Positions 16,547 through 26,119 of a stretch of DNA of 64,000 bases are shown one piece after another. The notes below the pieces were generated by a model that saw nothing but the letters and a program-made list of their open reading frames with translations, did no database searches and was not told where the DNA came from. The DNA is from Bacillota bacterium (GTDB lineage: Bacteria; Bacillota; Sulfobacillia; Sulfobacillales; JAIMBI01): assembly GCA_021846505.1 (NCBI GenBank), contig JAJZWV010000009.1, positions 11,411-75,410 on the forward strand, written 5' to 3'. A program made the position numbers and the translations under genes. How positions within the stretch are numbered: position 1 is the stretch's first letter; each line of letters begins with the position of its first letter.

Positions 16547-17209
16547 ATGGAGCATCTGGAGGAGACGGCGGTACGCCTGCCTCGCATTGGCGAGCCCGCC
16601 CCGGATTTCGACGCCAAAAGCAGCCACGGCCCCGTGAGCCTGTCCCAGTACCGCGGCCACTGGCTGATGCTGTTTTCCCACCCCAACGACTTTACACCGG
16701 TGTGCTCCACGGAAATCATGGAATTTGCCCGCCGGTACGATGAGTTTCAGCAGCGCGGCATCGACCTCTTGGGATTGTCCGTAGACGGCGTCCCCGCGCA
16801 CATCGCGTGGATGAAAAGCATGGGAGAGATGCTGGGGCGCCCCATTCCTTTCCCCATCATCGCGGACGTGGACATGGCGGTGTCCAAAAAGTACGGGATG
16901 ATCCACCCGGGCGACGCGCTCACGGAAACCGTCCGCGCGGTGTTTTTCATTGATGATGCCAGCGTCGTGCGGGCGCTGCTGTACTATCCCCTGTCCACCG
17001 GCCGCTCCGTGGATGAGCTGCTGCGCGTGTTTGACAGCCTGCAGGTCAAAGCACGGACCAACTTCGCCACCCCTGTCGACTGGAGGCGCGGCGAGCCGGT
17101 GGTGGTGCCCGCCCCCGTCTCGCTGGACAAAATCGAGACCCCGGAAGAAGCCCAGTCCCAGGGATTGGACTACCGGGAGTGGTACCTGCGCCTCACCAAC
17201 CCCAAATAG
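16547..17209 (+). CDS. Peroxiredoxin (Prx6/1-Cys-like)
   Basis: The active-site context FSHPNDFTPVCSTE is present. SD GGAAGGAG precedes ATG 16547. A TATAAT hexamer at 16485-16490 is a possible -10. Confidence 0.85.
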   Translation: MEHLEETAVRLPRIGEPAPDFDAKSSHGPVSLSQYRGHWLMLFSHPNDFTPVCSTEIMEFARRYDEFQQRGIDLLGLSVDGVPAHIAWMKSMGEMLGRPIPFPIIADVDMAVSKKYGMIHPGDALTETVRAVFFIDDASVVRALLYYPLSTGRSVDELLRVFDSLQVKARTNFATPVDWRRGEPVVVPAPVSLDKIETPEEAQSQGLDYREWYLRLTNPK

Positions 17210-17281
17210 CGCACCCATCGGCCGCCCGGCCCGCGGCACCTAGCGGCCGAGCCGGGCGTTGCCCGATGCGGCTCCGGCGAT

Positions 17282-17674
17282 TTACCCCAGCGTCACAAGC
17301 GGGTCCCCCGCCGCGACACTGGCGCCCGGCACCACATGCACGGTCTCGACCGTTCCCGCTGCCGCGGCAGTGATTTCGTTTTCCATCTTCATCGCTTCCA
17401 AAATCACCAGCACGTCACCCGCAGCCACAGAGTCGCCCACGGCCACCCGCACCTCCAGCGCCACCCCCGGCAGGGGTGCTGCGATAGTTCCCGCGGAGGC
17501 TTGGCGCGGCCCAGCGGCCAGCCCCTCCCGCGCGTGGGCGGCGCCCCACACGGCGGGAGCGGGAGCCGGGGCCCGCAGGGCAGGCTCCGCCAGGGCGGGC
17601 GCGGTGTCGGGCAGCTCCGACACCTCCACCTCGTATCTGTGTCCGTCCACCGTCACCTGAAAGCGCCTCGCCAT
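17282..17674 (-). CDS. Biotin carboxyl carrier / biotin-requiring subunit
   Basis: C-terminal biotinyl-domain motif EAMKMENEI. ATG 17674 shares one base with the stop of the upstream small ORF. Confidence 0.8.
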   Translation of the reverse strand: MARRFQVTVDGHRYEVEVSELPDTAPALAEPALRAPAPAPAVWGAAHAREGLAAGPRQASAGTIAAPLPGVALEVRVAVGDSVAAGDVLVILEAMKMENEITAAAAGTVETVHVVPGASVAAGDPLVTLG

Positions 17675-17862
17675 CACCAACGCCCCCCTCCTTGCATTGC
17701 TTCCCGGCGCCCCAGCCAAATCCACGGGCCGGGCTCCGGCCACACGGGCCGGACCCGCACCGAGGCGCTGGCGCTCGCAACCTCGGCCGCCACCAGGGCG
17801 GCCACTATCGCGGCCACGCGCGCCCGATGCTGTTCGGCCTGCCGCTCCTCTGGGCGGCTCAC
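17674..17862 (-). CDS. Small ORF (62 aa), acyl-CoA carboxylase epsilon-subunit-like
   Basis: GTG 17862 overlaps the carboxyltransferase stop as GTGA, and its TGA shares a base with the BCCP ATG. The peptide is VSRPEERQAEQHRARVAAIVAALVAAEVASASASVRVRPVWPEPGPWIWLGRREAMQGGGRW. It shows an A/V/L-rich core followed by spaced Trp and Pro, as I remember for ACC epsilon peptides. Confidence 0.4.
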   Translation of the reverse strand: MSRPEERQAEQHRARVAAIVAALVAAEVASASASVRVRPVWPEPGPWIWLGRREAMQGGGRW

Positions 17863-19382
17863 AGCGGCACGTTCCCGTGCTTCTTGCTTGGGCGGCTCTC
17901 GCGCTTGGACATCAGCGCCGACAGCATCCGGATCAGTGCCGCGCGCGTCTCCGCTGGCTCCACCACGGCATCTACATAGCCGCGGGCCGCCGCCACGTAC
18001 GGGTTGGCAAAGCGCTCGCGGTACTCGGCCACCTTCTCGCGGCGCGCCGCCGCCGGATCCGGCGCCGCCTCCAACTCCCGCCGATAGATGATGTTGGCCG
18101 CCGGCTCCGGCCCCATGACCGCAATTTCCGCCGAGGGCCACGCCACGGCCAAGTCCGCCCCCAGCGAGCGGCTGCACATGGCGAGATAAGCGCCTCCATA
18201 AGCTTTCCGCAGGATCACGGTAACTTTGGGCACGGTGGCCTCCGCGTAGGCATACAGCACCTTGGCGCCGTGCCGAATGATGCCGCCATACTCCTGCGCC
18301 GTCCCGGGCAGATAGCCGGGCGTGTCCACGAGCGTCAGCAGCGGAAAATTAAACGCATCGCACAGGCGCACGAACCGGGCCAACTTGTCGGAGGCGTCGA
18401 TGTCCAGCGTGCCCGCCAGCACGCGCGGCTGGTTGGCAATCACACCCACCGGCTGCCCATCTAAGTGTGCCCAGCCCACCACCACGTTGTCGGCGTAACC
18501 CGCCTGGCACTCCAAAAAGCTGCCGCGGTCCACCACCCCCGCAATAATGCGCCGCACGTCATAGGGCTTATTGGGATCGTCCGGCACCAGCCCATTCAGA
18601 TCAACCGGTTCCGGCGGGCGCGGCGGCTGCCGCGGAGGGTCCTCCAAGTTGTTGGCCGGAAAGCGCGCCAACAGCTCTCGCGTCAGCGCCAGCGCCTCGG
18701 CGTCGGTGTCGGCGGCGAAGTGCGCGACGCCGGAGCGCGTGAGCTGCGCATCTGCACCACCGAGCTCCTCGGCCGTCACTTGCTCGCCCGTCACGGCCCG
18801 AATGACTTGGGGGCCGGTAATGAACATCTGCGCCGTGCCCCGCACCATTATCACCAAGTCCGTCAGGGCCGGGGAATACACGGCGCCGCCCGCACTCGGG
18901 CCCATAATCACCGTGATTTGCGGAATCACGCCCGAGGCATGGGTGTTGCGCCGAAAAATCTCGCCGTACCCGGACAGTGCATCCACGCCCTCCTGAATGC
19001 GGGCGCCGCCCGAGTCGTTCAGCCCCACCATGGGGCACCCGGCTTTCAGCGCCAAGTCCTGCATGGCCTGAATCTTCTTCGCGTGCATTTCACCCAGCGA
19101 GCCGCCTACCACCGTAAAGTCCTGGGCGTAAACATATACCGGCCGGCCGCCAGCGCGCCCCACCCCCGTCACCACGCCATCAGCGGGCGCGGGCTCGCCC
19201 ACCCGCGCCTCGACGTGGGCGCCCAGCTCCTGGAAGGTGTCGGGATCCAGTAGCGCGGCCAGCCGCTCGCGGGCGCTCCACTTACCCATCTGGTGCTGGC
19301 GCTCGACGCGCTCGGCTCCCCCCATCGCGAAGAGCTGCTCTCGGCGGCGCGCCAGCTCCGCCAGCTTTTTGCTATTCGCCAT
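17859..19382 (-). CDS. Acyl-CoA carboxylase carboxyltransferase subunit (propionyl-CoA carboxylase beta / methylmalonyl-CoA carboxyltransferase 12S-like)
   Basis: 507-aa ORF with typical carboxyl_trans blocks (DFTVVGGSLGEMHAKK, PQITVIMGPSAGGAVYSPALTD, RKAYGGAY). Confidence 0.9.
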   Translation of the reverse strand: MANSKKLAELARRREQLFAMGGAERVERQHQMGKWSARERLAALLDPDTFQELGAHVEARVGEPAPADGVVTGVGRAGGRPVYVYAQDFTVVGGSLGEMHAKKIQAMQDLALKAGCPMVGLNDSGGARIQEGVDALSGYGEIFRRNTHASGVIPQITVIMGPSAGGAVYSPALTDLVIMVRGTAQMFITGPQVIRAVTGEQVTAEELGGADAQLTRSGVAHFAADTDAEALALTRELLARFPANNLEDPPRQPPRPPEPVDLNGLVPDDPNKPYDVRRIIAGVVDRGSFLECQAGYADNVVVGWAHLDGQPVGVIANQPRVLAGTLDIDASDKLARFVRLCDAFNFPLLTLVDTPGYLPGTAQEYGGIIRHGAKVLYAYAEATVPKVTVILRKAYGGAYLAMCSRSLGADLAVAWPSAEIAVMGPEPAANIIYRRELEAAPDPAAARREKVAEYRERFANPYVAAARGYVDAVVEPAETRAALIRMLSALMSKRESRPSKKHGNVPL

Positions 19383-19797
19383 CCGACGCCTCCACCAACT
19401 CTGTCAAAACTCCGCCCAGGCTCTTAGGGTGCAAAAACGCTACCAAGGTTCCCCGCGAGCCCGGACGCGGCACGGCGTCCACCAGCCGCACGCCGGCTTC
19501 GGCCAACTGGGCAAGGGTTTCAGCCAAGTGGCCAACCCGGAACGCCACATGGTGGAGCCCAGGCCCGCGCTTCGCCAAAAAGCGTGCCACGGCCCCCTCC
19601 GGCTCGGTGGGCGCCATCAGCTCCAGCTCACCGCCCGCCCACGGCAAGAACGCCACCCGTATGCCGTCGGCCGTCACGTCTTCCACGTGCGTGGGCCGCA
19701 ATCCCAGCTGCCCCCACTGCGCCAGCGCGGCGTCCAAGTCTGCCACAGCCACGCCCATGTGGTCCAGCGCCCATCCCGATGCCGGCTCCGCCATCAC
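19372..19797 (-). CDS. mce: Methylmalonyl-CoA epimerase (VOC/glyoxalase fold)
   Basis: LDHMGVAV...ELMAP...PGLHHVAF pattern, positioned between the mutase and carboxyltransferase genes. Confidence 0.8.
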   Translation of the reverse strand: MMAEPASGWALDHMGVAVADLDAALAQWGQLGLRPTHVEDVTADGIRVAFLPWAGGELELMAPTEPEGAVARFLAKRGPGLHHVAFRVGHLAETLAQLAEAGVRLVDAVPRPGSRGTLVAFLHPKSLGGVLTELVEASDGE

Positions 19798-21395
19798 AGC
19801 ACGACCGGCGGGCGGTACTGCCCAAAAGGCTTCTTCAGTGTGCCCACCATCTCCCCCAGGGTGGCGTACGCGCGCACTGCCTCCAGCAAGGGGGGAAGCA
19901 AGTTCCCGTCACCCATGGCCACCCGGGCCAGCTCCTCCAGCGCCGCGGCCACGCGGCCCGGGTCCCGCCGCGCGCGCGCGGCCTCGAGACTGGCGCGCTG
20001 CACCTCCTCGGCCGCGGAATCCACCACCGCCACCGGCACCGGCTCCTGATGATCCGCCTGGAAGCGATTGACACCCACTTGCACTTTTTCCCCGCGCTCC
20101 ACCTGCTGCTGATACCGCCAGGCGGCCTCCTGAATTTCCTTCTGGACATAGCCCGCTTCGATGGCGGCGACGGCCCCGCCGCGGCGGTCTAATTCATCCA
20201 AATATCGCTGGGCTTCTGATTCCACGCGATCCGTCAGCGCCTCAACAAAATAGGATCCCCCCAGTGGGTCGACCGTGTTGACCACCCCCGTCTCGTACGC
20301 GAGCACCTGCTGGGTGCGGAGCGCCAGCCGGGCCGATCCCTCCGTTGGCAGGCCCAGCGCCTCGTCGCGCGCGTTGGTGTGCAGGGACTGGGTCCCGCCC
20401 AGCACCGCTGCCAGTGCCTCAATGGCGACGCGCACCACATTGTTCTCCACCTGCTGGGCCGTCAGCGAACTGCCCGCCGTTTGGGTGTGAAACCGCAGCA
20501 TCTGCGAGCGGGGATCCTGCGCCCCGAAGCGGTCCCGCATGATGCGCGCCCACATGCGGCGCGCCGCTCTAAACTTCGCCACTTCTTCAAACAGGTCAAT
20601 TTGGGCATTGAAGAAAAACGACAGCCGCGGGCTCACTTGGTCCACCGCCAAGCCCGCCGCCAGCGCGGCTTCCACGTAAGCGATGCCGTTTCCCAGCGTA
20701 AACGCCACCTCCTGGGCGGCCGTGGATCCGGCCTCGCGGATGTGATACCCCGAGATGGAAATCGTATTCCAGCCCGGCACGTGCTCCGCACACCATCCAA
20801 AGGTGTCGGTGATGAGGCGCATCGACGGCCGCGGCGGGAAAATATAGGTGCCACGCGCCGCATACTCTTTCAGGATGTCATTTTGAATGGTGCCGGACAC
20901 CTTATCCCATGGCACCCCCTGCTGCTCCGCCACCACCAGCACCATCAGCAGCAAAATCGCCGCCGGGGCATTGATGGTCATCGACACGGTCACTTGGTCC
21001 AGCGGGATATCCGCCAGCAAAATCTCCATGTCGGCCAGCGAGTCAATCGCCACGCCCACTTTGCCCACTTCGCCCGCCGCCGCCGGGTCATCGGAGTCAA
21101 AGCCCATTTGCGTCGGCAGGTCAAACGCCACCGACAGCCCGGTCTGCCCCTGGTCCAAGAGGTACCGATAGCGCCGGTTGGACTCCGCCGGGGTGCCAAA
21201 TCCCGCATACTGCCGCATCGTCCACAAGCGCCCGCGATACATCGTAGGATAAATGCCGCGCGTAAACGGGTAGCGTCCGGGCTCCCCCAGCTCCCCCAGC
21301 GGGGCATCCCGGTACACCAGGTCCACCGGGATGCCCGACAGCGTCTCCGGCGGGATGGCGCTGGACGCGCCGGGCGGTGGCCCCGCGCCCGTCAC
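19794..21395 (-). CDS. Methylmalonyl-CoA mutase, catalytic (large) domain only, no B12-binding domain
   Basis: [22 protein letters not shown] and [14 protein letters not shown] are typical MCM blocks. The ORF ends before a cobalamin-binding domain. GTG 21395 overlaps the gdh stop as GTGA. Confidence 0.9.
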   Translation of the reverse strand: MTGAGPPPGASSAIPPETLSGIPVDLVYRDAPLGELGEPGRYPFTRGIYPTMYRGRLWTMRQYAGFGTPAESNRRYRYLLDQGQTGLSVAFDLPTQMGFDSDDPAAAGEVGKVGVAIDSLADMEILLADIPLDQVTVSMTINAPAAILLLMVLVVAEQQGVPWDKVSGTIQNDILKEYAARGTYIFPPRPSMRLITDTFGWCAEHVPGWNTISISGYHIREAGSTAAQEVAFTLGNGIAYVEAALAAGLAVDQVSPRLSFFFNAQIDLFEEVAKFRAARRMWARIMRDRFGAQDPRSQMLRFHTQTAGSSLTAQQVENNVVRVAIEALAAVLGGTQSLHTNARDEALGLPTEGSARLALRTQQVLAYETGVVNTVDPLGGSYFVEALTDRVESEAQRYLDELDRRGGAVAAIEAGYVQKEIQEAAWRYQQQVERGEKVQVGVNRFQADHQEPVPVAVVDSAAEEVQRASLEAARARRDPGRVAAALEELARVAMGDGNLLPPLLEAVRAYATLGEMVGTLKKPFGQYRPPVVL

Positions 21396-22645
21396 TTCAG
21401 CCAGCCGCGCACACGCATCGCCGACGCGATCCGATCCACGGCCACCAGATACGCCGCACGCCGGTGGCTCACGCCGTATCGCTCGTGCATCTCGTGCATC
21501 GCTTCGATGGCCGCCCCCATCATCTGGTGCAGCCGCTCATCCACCTCCTGCTCTGTCCAGTACCACCGACCTTGGTTCTGGACCCACTCGAAGTAAGACA
21601 CCGTCACGCCGCCGGCGTTGGCCAGGATGTCGGGCACCACCAGGACGCCCTTCTCGAACAAAATCTGGTCCGCCTCCGGGGTTGTCGGCCCGTTGGCGCC
21701 CTCACCCACGATCCTCGCCTGAATGCGCTCCGCGTTGTCGGCCGTGATGACGTTTTCCAGCGCCGCCGGCAGCAGAATGTCGCATGGCAGCTCCAGCAGG
21801 TCGTGGTTGGATACCGGCTCCGCCCCCGGGAAGCCCACCACGTTGCGGTGGACCTGCTTATATGCCAGCACCCCCGGCACATCCAAGCCCTCAGGATTGT
21901 AAATGCCGCCCTCCTTGTCCGACACCGCCACCACCCGAGCGCCCATGTCGTGGGCGGTGGCGGCGGCCACCGACCCCACGTTGCCGAACCCCTGAATCGC
22001 CACCCGGCTTTGAGCAAAGTCCAGGTTGACTTGGCGCGCCATCTCGCGCACGGAAGCCACCAGCCCGCGGCCGGTGGCTTGCAGGCGGCCCTTCGATCCG
22101 CCAATGACCAGCGGCTTGCCGGTGATCATGCCAAAGCTGTTTTCCCCACGAATGCGGCTGTACTCGTCCACCATCCACGCCATGATCTGCGGATTGGTGG
22201 AGACGTCCGGGGCCGGAATGTCCTTGTCGGGGCCAATGACCAGCGCGATGCCGCGGATGTACTCGCGCGACAGCCGCTCGAGCTCTCGGTCCGACAGCTG
22301 CTCGGGATCGCAGGCGATGCCGCCCTTGCCGCCGCCGTACGGCAGTCCCAGGAGCGCGCACTTGACGGTCATCCACATAGAAAGCGCCTTCACCTCGTCC
22401 GCGTTAACGTCCGGATGAAAGCGCAGCCCGCCTTTTGTGGGACCCAGTGCGTCGTTGTGGTGAGAGCGATACCCCGGAAACACCTGCAGCGTGCCATCAT
22501 CGCGAATAAACGGCACCGCCACTTCATAAAATCGGAGCGGCTGTTTCAAAAGCTCGTAGACCCCCGGCTCGAGCCCGAGGGTATCCACCGCTTCCTTAAA
22601 CGCCTGCTGCGCACGCAAGTAGGGATTGAGACTGGCATCCGCCAC
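21392..22645 (-). CDS. gdhA: Glutamate dehydrogenase (Glu/Leu/Phe/Val dehydrogenase family)
   Basis: [17 protein letters not shown] and the GFGNVG nucleotide-binding motif. SD GAAGGAGGAC upstream. Confidence 0.9.
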   Translation of the reverse strand: MADASLNPYLRAQQAFKEAVDTLGLEPGVYELLKQPLRFYEVAVPFIRDDGTLQVFPGYRSHHNDALGPTKGGLRFHPDVNADEVKALSMWMTVKCALLGLPYGGGKGGIACDPEQLSDRELERLSREYIRGIALVIGPDKDIPAPDVSTNPQIMAWMVDEYSRIRGENSFGMITGKPLVIGGSKGRLQATGRGLVASVREMARQVNLDFAQSRVAIQGFGNVGSVAAATAHDMGARVVAVSDKEGGIYNPEGLDVPGVLAYKQVHRNVVGFPGAEPVSNHDLLELPCDILLPAALENVITADNAERIQARIVGEGANGPTTPEADQILFEKGVLVVPDILANAGGVTVSYFEWVQNQGRWYWTEQEVDERLHQMMGAAIEAMHEMHERYGVSHRRAAYLVAVDRIASAMRVRGWLK

Positions 22646-22715
22646 GCACTGAGTCCTCCTTCACCTTAAGGCCCGGAAAGTGGCGCCATTATAACACAGC
22701 CACCCCGGGCCGCGG

Positions 22716-22994
22716 CTATCCGTCGAGCCGCTGCCCAATGCCCCAGCGCACCAGCTCCAGCTCCACGCCGTCGGCCACGACCACCCGCACGCGGTCTCCC
22801 TCCACGGAGGCCACGCGCCCGACAATCCCCCCCAGGGTCACCACGCGATCGCCTGGCTGGAGGCTTGATTGGAGTGCCGCCCGCTGGCGCTGCGCCTGCC
22901 GACGCTGCAGCAAGGTGAATGCCATCATACCGCCCACGATGAGAATCAGCAGCACATACAGCAGTTGGCCGCTTGATGTAGCTCCCGTCGCCAT
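22716..22994 (-). CDS. yajC: Preprotein translocase subunit YajC
   Basis: 92 aa with a single N-terminal TM helix, then RRQ...LQPGDRVVTLGGIVGRV. Confidence 0.85.
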   Translation of the reverse strand: MATGATSSGQLLYVLLILIVGGMMAFTLLQRRQAQRQRAALQSSLQPGDRVVTLGGIVGRVASVEGDRVRVVVADGVELELVRWGIGQRLDG

Positions 22995-23102
22995 TCCCTC
23001 CCTCGGCTATGACTTGACTCCGGCCGTCTCCCGGCGGCCGACTGTGAGGAGTGTAGGCGGGATGGCCCGAGAAGTCCAAGCTTCGGCACCAATTCGCCGC
23101 GC

Positions 23103-24239
23103 TTAGGGCAGTCCGGCCACCGGGGCCCCGTGTCTAGCCCCTGGCACGGCCAGCGTGACCACCTCGCCCGCGCGATTGAGCGTGAGCACGACGGATGCCC
23201 CAATACTTTGCAGCACCCGGCCCAGGGCAAAGTGAGCGGCCGCGCCCCCGATGGTGAAGTCAACGGCGGGCGCCAACGGATAAGCCTTCCCCCCCACCAC
23301 CACACTGTCGGGCCCCAGGCCGGTCAACCGACCGTGCACGGTCTGCATCCGCACCGCCGGCACCGACTTCGAAGACAGGCCGGAATGCGTCTTGGGGCTG
23401 CCCCCGCCCGAAGGCACGCCTTGGCCACGGCTCGGCGACGCGGGCGCGGTGGACGACCTCTGGGACGGGACTGTCCCGCTGGCATGTGAGGCGGCCTGAT
23501 GCGAGGGCGTCCGCAGCGAGACGGCTTTGGGCGGCCACGCCTGGAACAGCTCCGCCAGCGGCACATGCGCGACCGCGCGGGGCGCCTTGCCGAGCATCTG
23601 AGCCAGAAGATACCGGCCGAGCGACACCCCGTCGCGCTCCGAGGTGCGCAGTACCCCCCCCGTGGCCAAGGGCAGCGCCAGCACCGACCCAGGCACCTCC
23701 TGGCGGCGTAGCGCCGCCGCCGCATCGCGCAGATCGCTGGCCACCCGCGCGGAACCGCGCGTGCCCGCCGCCCAGCCCGCCAGCATCAGCACGGCATGGG
23801 AGCGGGTCAAGTAGCCGTGCCGCGCCGACCACGCCGCCGCCGACTCTACCGCCGCCACCACCGACTCTCCCCGCATCCCCGGGTTGGCCCGCAGCAGGGC
23901 TGTGCCGGCGGTGTCGTATGCACGCACGCCCACCACCTGACCCGCTTGGCCGATCAGCAGCTCCACGCTGGGGTTAATGTCCACGCTGACGGCGCCCACC
24001 ACCGCCGACGCTGGCGGCGGCGGGCGGAGCGCGTGCGATGCCCCGCCGGCCACCAGCAGCATCATGGCCGCCGCGGCGGCCCAGGTGGACCAAGCGCCCG
24101 CCCGGGAGCTGCCGACCAGCACCTCCTGGCCCACGCTGGGCAGACGGCCAGCCCACGGCACCGTTTTCACGGCGCCGCCGGGGCACAGCACCGTCACGCC
24201 GCGACGTTCTACCGACAGCACTACGGCCCGCTCGGTCAT
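23103..24239 (-). CDS. rsgI: Anti-sigma-I factor RsgI-like (N-terminal anti-sigma domain, one TM helix, extracytoplasmic region of unknown type)
   Basis: The N-terminus MTERAVVLSVERRGVTVLCPGGAVKTVPW followed by a TM helix fits the RsgI_N architecture. ATG 24239 overlaps the sigI stop as ATGA. Confidence 0.65.
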   Translation of the reverse strand: MTERAVVLSVERRGVTVLCPGGAVKTVPWAGRLPSVGQEVLVGSSRAGAWSTWAAAAAMMLLVAGGASHALRPPPPASAVVGAVSVDINPSVELLIGQAGQVVGVRAYDTAGTALLRANPGMRGESVVAAVESAAAWSARHGYLTRSHAVLMLAGWAAGTRGSARVASDLRDAAAALRRQEVPGSVLALPLATGGVLRTSERDGVSLGRYLLAQMLGKAPRAVAHVPLAELFQAWPPKAVSLRTPSHQAASHASGTVPSQRSSTAPASPSRGQGVPSGGGSPKTHSGLSSKSVPAVRMQTVHGRLTGLGPDSVVVGGKAYPLAPAVDFTIGGAAAHFALGRVLQSIGASVVLTLNRAGEVVTLAVPGARHGAPVAGLP

Positions 24240-24955
24240 GGCCGACTCCCCCGTTCTCCTCCGCCTGCCGGCCGCAAATAGCTTTGAAGCTCCGGCCACT
24301 CCCGCTCGTGAATGAAAATCAGCGCCACGGCAATGATGTATCGACGATGCCGCTCCAGGGTCTTTTTGGCGGCACCCGTGCGCGCCGCCAGCGCGGCTAG
24401 CGGGAGCACCCCGGTGGCTTGAAGCTGGCGAGCCATCTCGCGGTCCGCCGCCAGTGCCGCTGCCATCCGGATGGCTCGCTCCCGAGCGTCCCGATGCCGA
24501 GGGCAGTGCTTCGGCAGGTCATTAAAGCGAATCCCGAACGCCGCCAGCGCCGCTGCCAGCTCGGAAATTTCTTCCCGCCGGGCTTCGTCCTGCTCCCGAG
24601 CGCTCCACACCGCCGCAGCGGCCAAGTCCAGGACCGTCGGCCCGGCGCGGTCTGAGCCTTCCTCCCGCTCCAACTCCGAAAGCGGCACGGCGGGATCCTT
24701 CTTGCGCCGGCGGTGGTGGTCAATCAGGCGGCGGGTGATGACGCTTTGGGCGAAGCTCAAAAACGCACCGCGGTCAGGCACGTAGGCATCGATCGCCTCA
24801 TTAAACGCCAAGAGGCCCACACTGACCTCCTCGTCCTCGCCCGTGCGGATGTAGCGGCCCCTCACCTGGCTGGCGACACGCAGGATAAAGGGCATGAAAT
24901 CCCGCAGCAGCGCATCACGCGCCTCGCGATCTCCCTGACGAGCTCGCCTCAGCAT
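24236..24955 (-). CDS. sigI: RNA polymerase sigma factor SigI-like
   Basis: Sigma-70 region 2-like N-terminus (REARDALLRDFMPFILRVASQV...EDEEVSVGLLAFNEAIDAY) and translational coupling to an RsgI-like gene. Confidence 0.75.
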   Translation of the reverse strand: MLRRARQGDREARDALLRDFMPFILRVASQVRGRYIRTGEDEEVSVGLLAFNEAIDAYVPDRGAFLSFAQSVITRRLIDHHRRRKKDPAVPLSELEREEGSDRAGPTVLDLAAAAVWSAREQDEARREEISELAAALAAFGIRFNDLPKHCPRHRDARERAIRMAAALAADREMARQLQATGVLPLAALAARTGAAKKTLERHRRYIIAVALIFIHEREWPELQSYLRPAGGGERGSRP

Positions 24956-25019
24956 CTCGTCGCCCCGCGACTGGCCGCCGAAGTGAACGCCCAAGCTGGC
25001 TCACCTCACCGTCTGCTGC

Positions 25020-25052
25020 ATTGTTCGCACCATCGCAGCCATTTCGGGGGGC
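25020..25052 (-). promoter_or_regulatory. Candidate SigI-type promoter upstream of sigI
   Basis: The minus strand reads CCCCCC-N18-CGAA (C-run 25046-25051, CGAA 25024-25027). SigI promoters are described, from memory, as having a C-rich -35 and a CGWA -10. The spacing rule was not verified. Confidence 0.25.
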
Positions 25053-25057
25053 CACAC

Positions 25058-26119
25058 TCACCGGGGATCCGGATCCGGATCCGGCAGTGCCAGCTGCGCG
25101 CGCCCGCGCGGCTCCCGGCCCAGATACTCCAAGCCCCGCGCCGTCAGCTGGCGGCCGCGGGCGGTCCGCTCCAGCAGCCCCACCTGCAGCAAGTAGGGCT
25201 CCACTAAGTCTTCGAGCGTCGAGGGCTCCTCTCCCACGGCCGCCGCCAGCGTTTCCAGCCCCACGGGCCCGCCGCCATAGCGGTCGGCCACTGCCCACAG
25301 CACCCGGCGGTCCACCAGGTCCAACCCATATTGGTCCACTTCCAGCAGTGCCAGGCCCTCGTCCAGCACCGGAGCGCTCAGCACCCCTCCCCCCCGCACT
25401 TCGGCGTAGTCGCGCAGCCGGCGCAGCAGTCGGTTGGCAACGCGGGGGGTGCCGCGGCTGCGGCGGGCCACTTCCGTGGCCAGGCCTGCATCCAAGTCCA
25501 TCCCCAACAGTCGGCCGGTGCGAGCGACAATCGCCGCCAGTTCGTCCACGGGATAGAAGTCCAGGTGCAAAATCACACCAAAGCGATCTCGCAGGGGCGA
25601 GGTGAGCATGCCGGCGCGGGTGGTGGCCCCCACCAGCGTAAAGCGCGGCAGGTCGAGCCGCACCGACCGCGCACTGGGCCCCTTGCCCAGCACCAAGTCC
25701 AGCGCGTAATCCTCCATGGCCGGGTACAGCACTTCCTCCACCGCTCGATTCAGGCGGTGAATCTCGTCGATAAACAGCACATCGCGCTCATCCAAGTTGG
25801 TGAGAATGGCCGCCAAATCGCCCGCGCGCTCGATGGCGGGCCCGCTGGTGATTCTAATGTTGGAGCCCATTTCATTGGCGACAATGTGGGCCAGCGTGGT
25901 TTTTCCCAACCCCGGCGGGCCGTACAGCAACACGTGGTCCAGCGCTTCGCTGCGCGCCAGGGCCGCCTCTACAAACACCGACAGGCGCTCCGTCACTCGG
26001 CGCTGCCCGACATATTCCCTGAGCCGGGCGGGCCTTAGCGTCGGATCCAGCGGCGCCTCGGCCGCGAGGACGTCTGCGGACACCATCCGCTCAGGGCCCC
26101 CCGTCGCGTCGGTCGGCAT
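25058..26119 (-). CDS. ruvB: Holliday junction branch migration ATPase RuvB
   Basis: [14 protein letters not shown] Walker A, FIDEIHRL and typical RuvB blocks throughout. Confidence 0.95.
   Translation of the reverse strand: MPTDATGGPERMVSADVLAAEAPLDPTLRPARLREYVGQRRVTERLSVFVEAALARSEALDHVLLYGPPGLGKTTLAHIVANEMGSNIRITSGPAIERAGDLAAILTNLDERDVLFIDEIHRLNRAVEEVLYPAMEDYALDLVLGKGPSARSVRLDLPRFTLVGATTRAGMLTSPLRDRFGVILHLDFYPVDELAAIVARTGRLLGMDLDAGLATEVARRSRGTPRVANRLLRRLRDYAEVRGGGVLSAPVLDEGLALLEVDQYGLDLVDRRVLWAVADRYGGGPVGLETLAAAVGEEPSTLEDLVEPYLLQVGLLERTARGRQLTARGLEYLGREPRGRAQLALPDPDPDPR

Noticed and set aside
17863-18177. Upstream 105 codons of listed ORF 17674-18177
   Set aside because: This part overlaps the 3' end of the carboxyltransferase gene out of frame and is Gly/Arg-rich. 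Only the last 189 nt (from GTG 17862) lie in otherwise unassigned space and look coding.
25065-25082. GGATCC x3 tandem hexamer (three BamHI-type palindromes)
   Set aside because: It lies inside the 3' end of ruvB and simply encodes a C-terminal (Asp-Pro)3 tail. There is no evidence of a regulatory role; at most it is a minor coding microsatellite.
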